Source: Piromyces finnis finn
Lineage: Eukaryota; Fungi; Neocallimastigomycota
NCBI GenBank assembly: GCA_002104945.1
Contig: MCFH01000027.1
Span: 434,001-498,000, forward strand
DNA length: 64,000 bases
Direction: 5' to 3'
Under the pieces are notes generated by a model. That model was not told the origin of the DNA. It did no database searches and saw nothing but the letters and a program-made list of their open reading frames with translations. How positions within the stretch are numbered: the first letter of the stretch is position 1; each line of letters begins with the position of its first letter. Shown here piece by piece: positions 55,263 through 64,000 of this stretch. The position numbers and the translations under genes were made by a program.

Positions 55263-56741
55263 TTAATGTGCTCTTACTCTAGAACTTTTTCTATTTCTTT
55301 TATCAGGTTGATTATTTGTTAATATCCATCCGAGGTTTTGAAACCAATCATATAATTTACAAGTTTTATTAACATCAATGGGTATCCATTTTTGGGCATC
55401 CTTTTTTGAAAAAAAACCCATTTCTTCTCGAGCTGATATAAAAATATATTTAATATTTAAATATTGTAATGGAAAAATTCTAAGAGTAGAACATGCTTTA
55501 AGCTCTTCTTTAGACAATAGGTTATAACCAACTTCTGAACTAGATATATCCAAAGAATTTCCTGATTTATCAATGATATTATATTAAAAGGGATAATAAA
55601 AGATTACTATCATATAAATATTAAATAGTTTAAATATATCAATAAATTTTAAATTAAAAATCTTATTTCTAATTAAACTACGAAAAATATTCTTCATCAA
55701 AAAACTTTAATCATTTTAATTTTTATATATAAAATAAGAAAAATATTAAAATGTGTAATAAAATATTATATTCCATTTATTATTACTATTATTACTATTA
55801 TTACTATTTTATTATTCAATAGTAATAATAATTATAAATAATTATTATTTGTAATGTTTAAAGATACTATATAAATTAATGAAACGGTCTAAATACCTTT
55901 CCATACAATAGGTGGTATATAAGCATCTTCCTTAATTTTATATCTTTCTATATTATACAATTCATTCATTCGATTCTCTATAACATAATTATAAATATTA
56001 TTCATGATTTTTGTTTTTGATTTAAATTGTTGCGATAATGAATTTTCTTTTTTTGAAATCTTTTTCGGAGTGATAACTGAAGAAACTGATTTAATACTTT
56101 TAACTGGAGTGAGTGATCCTATTTTATAATTAAAGATTTTCATTGATACATAGATTACAATAAAAAAATGTTAGAATTATTAACTTTTTTTTTTATTATT
56201 GCTTAATCTATTTATCTATATATCTATATATAAATATTATAATAAACTTCATTGATTTTTTTTTTTTTTTTGTTTTATTAAAACTTTATAAATATTAATT
56301 TCATTTATTCTTTTAATAAAAGGGATACATACGACTTCTTCCTCTTTTATTAGTTTGCTTTTTTCCTTGTATAATTGGTTTTTGATATGAATATATATCA
56401 CTTGTAAAATAAAGTAATTTTTTAGGCTCTTCAGTATATGCTTCATAGACATCTCTATTACAATTTTTTTTTATTTTAAAATTATTTATTATAAAATAAA
56501 TTATTTAATATTAGTTTTATCATGTACTATTTTAAAGTAAACATTGATAAGAACAATATATATATATTATTCTTTCTATATATTATATAGTTTATTAATA
56601 TTTTTACAATGTTTGAATTTTTTGATTTTCTTTTTCAGCTTTACTCAAATTAGAAGAAATTGATCTTTGTGGACAGTTACATTTTCTTTTATGATATATA
56701 TGACGTTTACCAGTATTATCAGATAATATATTTAATTCCAT
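55263..56741 (-). CDS. SWIRM-domain protein (Fun19/YOR338W-like)
   Basis: Four exons join in frame: MELNILSDN..., DVYEAYTEEPKK..., RSLTPVK...PPIVWKG, and GNSLDISSSEVGYNLLSKEELKACSTLRIFPLQYLNIK...IDVNKTCKLYDWFQNLGWI (SWIRM signature). Confidence 0.85.
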
Positions 56742-58530
56742 GATAAACTTATTTTATAAATACACCACTCCAATAAATCATCAATATTCTTTTTTTCTTC
56801 TTTCTTTTTTAATATAAAAGAAAATAATTGTCCTATTTTTTAACCTTTTACTTTTATTTTAAAAAAAATTAAATAATAAATTCTTAATAATTTTAATACT
56901 TTTAATTCATATAAACATATAATTAAACTATAGTAAAAAAAAAAAAATTATAAATCTTATTAAACTTTTCCCCCAATATTAACTAATAAATTTGATATAC
57001 ATCAATCATTGAAATTAAGTCATTTATTTACTTTAATTAAATAATTCTAAAAAGATTCAATTCATTTTACTATTAAATATCTTAATTTGATAAAATGGAC
57101 TATATATATATATATATTCATATTTATATAATACTTTGTTTAACAAGATATTTAATAATGCCTTTTTTTATTATTTCAAATAACATTAATTTTAATGAAT
57201 GTTCTTACATTCCTTTTTTGTTAAAAAAGTTTTTTTAAAGTTATATGGATATTTTAAACTTTTATGTAATATCAAAGTTTAGAAATAAAAAAGCATGTTG
57301 AATTAAAATTTTCCATAATTTAATTATTATAAATAGTTATATTAAAACTAGAAATTAACAATTTAATAACAATTTAATAAAAAGAGCATTATTATTAAGA
57401 ATTATTATTATGCTTTATCTATAGATTTGTATTATTAATTTTTAGGTAAAATTTAGACAATAATAGAAAAAATCATAAGTATAGGAATAAAAAAAAAAAA
57501 AAAGAGACTTTAATTTTTAAATAGATTATTAAAAATACATGCATTCAATTATTTAATTCATTAGATAATGAATAAATAAAAAGATTAATTGAATTAGATT
57601 CTTATAAAATGTTCTTTAGTGTAATTATAAATCATAATTTTTTGACTTTTAAAGAGTGGTGAAAATATAAAAAGTTTGATAATATTACTTTTAAAAATAC
57701 AAATACTTAAATGTTTTTATTTAATATTTGATTATAATTTTTTTTAATCTTTATAAACGCAAATATTATAAATCTTTTTTATATTTAAAAACTTCAAACT
57801 TATTTTCTTTTCAATAAATAGAAATAGGAATATCTCTTTTTAATCCGTTGAATTATTATTTCAAAATTGTTTTTTATTTCGAAATGTACACGTGTTATTG
57901 TCGTGATTTTAATAGATGTATGTTATATTTTGATAAATATTCTTTAATATTGTATTTATTATTATATAATAATTAATTTCCTTTGTTTATTTAATTAAAT
58001 TTACATTGATTTATGTATATTAAATTGATATAATATTTTATTATAATAAATAATAATAAAAAATAATATTAAAACTGAATATATATATATTTTTTTTTTA
58101 TTATTTATCTAAAGATTATTTAGTTTTAGATAAACCTTACATTATCCCAAAATGGATCCAGTGGTAAATATTGAAAAAAATAAAATAAAATAAGATAAAA
58201 TAAAAATAAAAAAGAAGATTTAAAGAAGATCTATAAAGAAATTGAAATGTTTTTGATGGAAGGAATTAATAAACAATAATATATATTATTTAAAAGTAAA
58301 AATATTTTTAAGATTAATCCATTTTAAAAAAAAAAAGAAAAGAAAAAATCGTAAAAAGATTGCTTTGTAATTAGAATAGATAAAATAAAGTTTTTTTTTA
58401 TTTTTAATTATTGTTGTAATTATTATCATATTTGATAAACCATATTGAATAAGTTCAGTTTCTACATAATTTGCTTTCCCTTTTTTTTTTAAAAAAAAAA
58501 AAAAAATTGAAGATAATTAATCTATACATC

Positions 58531-58561
<31 letters not shown>

Positions 58562-59416
58562 AGAGAGTGAGGATAAATAGAAGAAACTAAAAACGTTTAT
58601 ATTATTTAAAATTTATTAATTTAAAATAAAACAAGAGAAACAAGGTTAACAAAAAAAAAAAAAGGGATGATATAATTATCCATCCGTTAATTCATTTATA
58701 TTATTTATAATAAAGTAATTTAAAATTAAGTAAAAATGTAAAATAGTAGAAGAATGAAATTAATATAATTATACTGGGATTAATTAGAAATTATATAAAA
58801 AATAAGTTGTATCTATTATTTTTTTTAAAAAAAAAAGATCAGAAGAGGATTGATAATTAAAATAAAAGTAAAATAAATTTTTTCATCTCTTTTTAATAAT
58901 TTTTATATTATTATTTCAAGAAGTAAAGAAACAAAAAAAAATAATAAAATTAAAAGAAAAAAAGAAGAAACGAACAAATCCTTTCGTTCTACTATATTTA
59001 AGTGAAAAAAAAAGGAAAATATGATATGAAAATGAAAGAAAGAAAAAAGAAAATAAAATAATAAAGAAAATTTAAGAAAATAAATCAAAATTTAATCAAG
59101 AATTTAGTATTTGAAAAAAGAAATATATAAATTAATTGTTGCCATTACCTAAAATAAATGAAAAAAAAAAAAAAGAATATAAAAAAATATTTAAAATTAG
59201 TTATGAGGTATAAAATAATTAAAGAATCATAATTAATACATAAGGCAATTATAATTAATATTTTTAATATATATTAAATATAATAAAATATTATCCTTTT
59301 TAAAAAAAAATTAATGAAAATGATATTTCAATTTCTTTTTTGCACTCTTTTTAAATTATACAGAAAAATAGAAAAGTATTCTTTAAAATTAACTTTTTTT
59401 TAATTCTCTTATTTAG

Positions 59417-60666
59417 CTTGATCAAGAAAAAGATAATTTAAAGGTTAAATCTCAATCTCCAGAACCTGGACCAGAACAAGAACCAAAACCAAGATCTCCA
59501 AGATCTCCAAAATCTCCTAGATCTCTTTCTCCAAGATCCCCAAGATCCCCAAGATCTCCAAGATCTCTTTCTCCAAGATCTTCTAGATCTCCACGTCCAA
59601 AATCAAAATCTCGTTCTTTATCTAAAAGTAGAGAAAGAGATAGCTCAAGACGTTCTCGTCGTAGATCATTTTCCAGAAGTAGAAGCAGAAGTAGAAGTCG
59701 CGATAGATACCGCAGAGACAGAAGAGAAAGAGATAGAAGTAGAGAAAGAAGAAGCAGAGGTAGAAGTAGAGACAGAAGCAGAGACAGAAGCAGAGATAGA
59801 AGAAGAAGGTATTTATATAATAAATCTTTTTTTTTTTTTAAATTTTGGGGAATAGAAATTAAATATTTTATCCTTTTTAATACATTTTAAAAGATCTCCA
59901 CCACCACGTCCATGGAGTCCACCAGAAGGTGTCACTAGAGATGCTCCAGAACCATCAAAGGTTTTAGGTGTCTTTGGTTTAAGCAGCAGAACTAGAGAAG
60001 ATGATTTAAAAAAGAACTTTGGTAAATTTGGAAAAATTGAAAAGGTCACCATTATCTATGATCAAAGAGTAAGTATATTGATTTTAATTCAATTTGTTAT
60101 TTTGTTATATAATAATAAATATAAATATAAATTAAAAAAAAAAAAAAGATGGAATAAGTGGTATTAATCTATCTATCTATATATATATATATTTATATAT
60201 ATATTTAATAATTGTGATCCATAAAATTATAACAGACCAAGGAATCACGTTGTTATGGTTTTGTCTACTTTGAAAATATTGATGATGCTACAAATGCCAG
60301 AAGAGATCTTAACGGAATTGTAAGTTCAAGTCACCAAATTTAATAATTTTCATAAACAAAAATTGATGTTTCAAATAAATTTTAGAGAAAGATATGAAAT
60401 TAATATTAACTAATGACTATTTTAATTTTATATTACAGAACTTAGATGGTAGAAAGATTCGTGTAGATTATTCTATTACTCAAAGAGCCCACAACCCAAC
60501 TCCAGGAATGTACATGGGTAACATAAGAAGAGATCGTCGTCGTGATTACAGATCATCACATAGAAGATATAGTAGAAGAAGTAGATCAATATCCAGAAGT
60601 CGTAGCAGAAGTAGATCTTCTCGTCACAGAAGAAGAAGTCGTAGTGGCAGTTTAAGAAGAAGATAA
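59417..60666 (+). CDS. TRA2: Transformer-2-like SR splicing factor (RS-RRM-RS); start exon not located
   Basis: Exons 59417-59808, 59894-60068, 60236-60319 and 60439-60666 are in frame. [16 protein letters not shown]...SRCYGFVYF...[26 protein letters not shown] matches the Tra2 post-RRM signature, with RS domains on both sides. Confidence 0.9.
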
Positions 60667-61490
60667 ATAAATAAAAAAGAATAAGGAAAATCTTTTTTTT
60701 TTTTTTTTTTTTTACAATAAAGTACTCAATTTATCCTATTTTTATTTTAAAAAGAAAAAAAAAAAAAACGAGCATATCAAATAATCAAAACATTTTTTTT
60801 ATTCATTTTAAAACTGAACTATGAATGAACAATATTATTAAAAAAAAAAAAAAAACACTTTTTTTTTAATCCTAAATCAATGCAAATAATCCTATGTTTA
60901 ATATATTTTAAATATTTAAAGTATTCCTTTTTTTTCTTTTTTAATAATTTTTTTTTATCAATGATTATATTTTAATATGATTATATATTTATATCAATGT
61001 TAATATGTATAATTCTTTTTTTTATTTTAACAAAATATATTAAATAAAAAAAAAATGTATTTTTCAATTTTGCTAATTAATATTTATTTTAGTGTTTAAT
61101 CCCATTTTATTTTTAATAGTGTTTACGGCGCGGGAAAGAAAAAAAATATATATATATATATACATTTAATAATTGAGTTTTAATCTTTTTATGTTTCTAC
61201 ATTCAAAAAAAAAAAAAAAAGTTGTGTTTCGATTAAAAGTGAAATTAATAGATTTTCATTAAATGAGTACTTACACATAACTATTATTTCAAATAATGAA
61301 TTTAAAAAGAAATAGATTATAAAAAATATTTTTTAAACTATAAAACCACTTTATTCATATTACTTTTTAAAGGATTTATTTATTAAAAAAAAAAAAAAAA
61401 TATTTACATAAATTTTTACATAAATTTTTATAAATTGTTTTTTATTTTTTTTTTTTTAATTATTAAAACATTGAAATTTTTTTTTTTTTC

Positions 61491-62813
61491 TTAATTTACT
61501 TCTTCATTTTCAACATTGGAAGCTGATAAATCTTTTTCTTCAGTTATTGGAACTGGAACAGTTTTTGAAACTGAAATAGTTTTTGAAGTAGATGATGGAC
61601 CATTACTGTTGGATAAACTATTTGGTGGAGATGGGAATTTCATATCACTATCATGGTTATTTTTGAATTCTGGTAAATGTCCTCCTTTCATAGTATCATT
61701 GAATTTTGGGAAATCTCCTTTCATTCCTTCTTTATTTGGTATTTCTTTCATTCCACCCTTCATTCCTGGTCCAAATGAAGTTGAATTGAATTGGGGTAAA
61801 CCTTTCATTCCACCTTTGTTTGATAATTCTTTCATTCCTGAACCAAATGAGGTTGAATTGAATTGGGGTAAACCTTTCATTCCACCTTTGTTTGATAATT
61901 CTTTCATTCCTGGTCCAAATGAAGTTGAATTGAATTGGAGTAAACCTTTCATTCCACCTTTGTTTGATAATTCTTTCATTCCTGGTCCAAATGAGGTTGA
62001 ATTGAATTGGGGTAAACCTTTCATTCCACCTTTGTTTGATAATTCTTTCATTCCTGAACCAAATGAGGTTGAATTGAATTGGGGTAAACCTTTCATTCCA
62101 CCTTTGTTTGATAATTCTTTCATTCCTGGTCCAAATGAAGTTGAATTGAATTGGGGTAAACCTTTCATTCCACCTTTGTTTGATAATTCTTTCATTCCTG
62201 GTCCAAATGAGGTTGAATTGAATTGGGGTAAACCTTTCATTCCACCTTTGTTTGATAATTCTTTCATTCCTGAACCAAATGAGGTTGAATTGAATTGGGG
62301 TAAACCTTTCATTCCACCTTTGTTTGATAATTCTTTCATTCCTGAACCAAATGTGGTTGAATTGAATTGGGGTAAACCTTTCATTCCACCTTTATTTGAT
62401 AATTCTTTCATTTCACCCTTCATTCCTGGTCCAAATGAAGTTGAATTAAATTGAGGTAATCCTTTCATTCCTGGGCCCTTCATTCCATCTTTCTTATTAT
62501 CTTTATTTCCGAAATCAGGAGTCATACCATTTGAATTTGGTTTATTTGAATTTGGTTTATTGGTTGGAATTGTTTTGGTCGAACTAATAGTTTTAGCAGG
62601 TTTGGTTTCAAGAGTTGGAATAGTTGTTGAAATTGGCATATCTACAGGCATATTTATTGGCATAGAAGCATCACCAATGATAGAGGCTGCTGTTTCATTT
62701 TCAAGAGTATTGATTTGTAATTCTTCATCTTCATTTACAATTTGAGGATAAGCTGAAGAGTAAACAGCAAAAGCAATAGTGAAAATTAAAGAAAGTAAAT
62801 TTGTTCTAACCAT
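61491..62813 (-). CDS. Secreted protein with ten 24-aa repeats (GMKGLPQFNSTSFG[P/S]GMKELSNKG), 440 aa
   Basis: Intronless ORF with signal peptide MVRTNLLSLIFTIAFAVYSSA and Thr/Pro-rich flanks. Confidence 0.9.
   Translation of the reverse strand: MVRTNLLSLIFTIAFAVYSSAYPQIVNEDEELQINTLENETAASIIGDASMPINMPVDMPISTTIPTLETKPAKTISSTKTIPTNKPNSNKPNSNGMTPDFGNKDNKKDGMKGPGMKGLPQFNSTSFGPGMKGEMKELSNKGGMKGLPQFNSTTFGSGMKELSNKGGMKGLPQFNSTSFGSGMKELSNKGGMKGLPQFNSTSFGPGMKELSNKGGMKGLPQFNSTSFGPGMKELSNKGGMKGLPQFNSTSFGSGMKELSNKGGMKGLPQFNSTSFGPGMKELSNKGGMKGLLQFNSTSFGPGMKELSNKGGMKGLPQFNSTSFGSGMKELSNKGGMKGLPQFNSTSFGPGMKGGMKEIPNKEGMKGDFPKFNDTMKGGHLPEFKNNHDSDMKFPSPPNSLSNSNGPSSTSKTISVSKTVPVPITEEKDLSASNVENEEVN
61730..62475 (-). 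repeat. Coding 72-bp minisatellite, 10 copies
   Basis: cctttcattccacc recurs at 61801, 61873, 61945 and onward (period 72). Confidence 0.96.
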
Positions 62814-63579
62814 TGTTTTCTCTAATCTATATAAAAAATTTTTTTAATCTATATACAAATATATTCTTATATTTTTTTACAAAAAATTTTATAAAAGTAT
62901 TCTATACAACAAGGATTTAATTATTTTTAAAATATTTATTTTATTAAATAAAAAAGAAAAGAAAAGAAAATATTCATGCTTTTATATTCAAAGAGAAAAA
63001 ATATTATATATAAAATATGATATTAATATGCCTTTAAGTAATTAGTAATAGTATTAAAAATTAAAAAAAAAGACACTATAATAAAAAAAATGAGTAATAC
63101 TAATCAGAACCAATAAAATATTTATTAAATCATAATTTTTTTTTTTTTTCATTTTATTTTTTATAATAATTATATTTTAATTCCTTTTATTAATTAATTA
63201 AAAATGAATTTGTTTTTATTATTTAATAAAAACAAATCCATTTTTACCGCACATTTACTCTAAAATACAATAGTTCTATAAAAAGTTTATATATAGCATT
63301 TTTAATGCCTATTTTTTTAATTTTTTTAACAAAGATGGGTGGTTGTGATTTATGATAAATTTATGATGTTTTTATTTTGTGTCACCTAAAGGAATAATGA
63401 TATTAATTTATTTTTTAATATAATTTAAATTAAATTTTATTCATATTTTTATTGTTGTGAAACAGGCTAAAAAATAAAGTTTATTAAAAAAAAAAAAAAA
63501 GTAAAATAATATCATTGCGTTTTAAAAATAAATGCCAACAAATTATTAAACTTTTTAATAATATCATTATTATCATTAT

Positions 63580-63614
<35 letters not shown>

Positions 63615-64000
63615 TATATATAGTTAATGCTCACTTAACTATTATTTAAAATTTTATTAAGAGTAGAGTAGTAATAAAAACATAATGTAACCTAATATTA
63701 ATATTTTTATCTTTTTTAAATATTTTAATATTTGGTAATTAAGAGGAAAAATAATACGATATTACAGTATTATTAATTATAATATAAATGGTTTATTTTT
63801 AACTAATTATTTATTATTTTCTTGGAAAATTAGATAATAAAATTATATGAAAAATAGCATTTAATATTTTCTTTTTTTATTTATTGGTTCTGATACTATT
63901 TTAATACTATTACTCTTTTTTTTTTTTTTTTTATTAATTATTATGATTAATTATTATTATTATTATTATTATTTTGATTTGATCTATATATAGGTTATAA

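Noticed and set aside
61516-62454. 312-aa antisense ORF
   Set aside because: Mirror of the 72-bp repeat. The minus strand has the signal peptide and proper ends.

Overview
Extremely AT-rich eukaryotic DNA with intron-split (GT-AG) genes, poly-Asn tracts and long microsatellites. This fits an anaerobic gut fungus (Neocallimastigomycota), which is an inference from composition and gene content. I can reconstruct 12 host genes: an Asteroid/XPG-type PIN nuclease (partial), a type I membrane SH3 protein, a large HMG-box transcription factor, HMCES/SRAP, an acidic secreted repeat protein, an unknown Asn-rich protein, LYAR, a ~27-exon LRR protein, a small membrane protein, a Fun19-like SWIRM protein, Tra2, and a secreted protein with 24-aa repeats. 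Three things stand out. (1) A full-length 5.6-kb single-ORF non-LTR retrotransposon with a poly(A) tail and a 14-bp target-site duplication sits inside an older, decayed copy of its own family, at a sequence the element itself carries. Its RT catalytic motif reads FAVD instead of FADD. (2) Its 5' leader holds five nearly abutting hairpins, two of which share an identical 15-nt stem-loop, with a possible pseudoknot. (3) The LRR gene is built with one 23-aa repeat per exon, almost all 69 nt, with every intron in the same phase. No rRNA, tRNA or CRISPR array is supported. All coordinates and splice models were read by eye.
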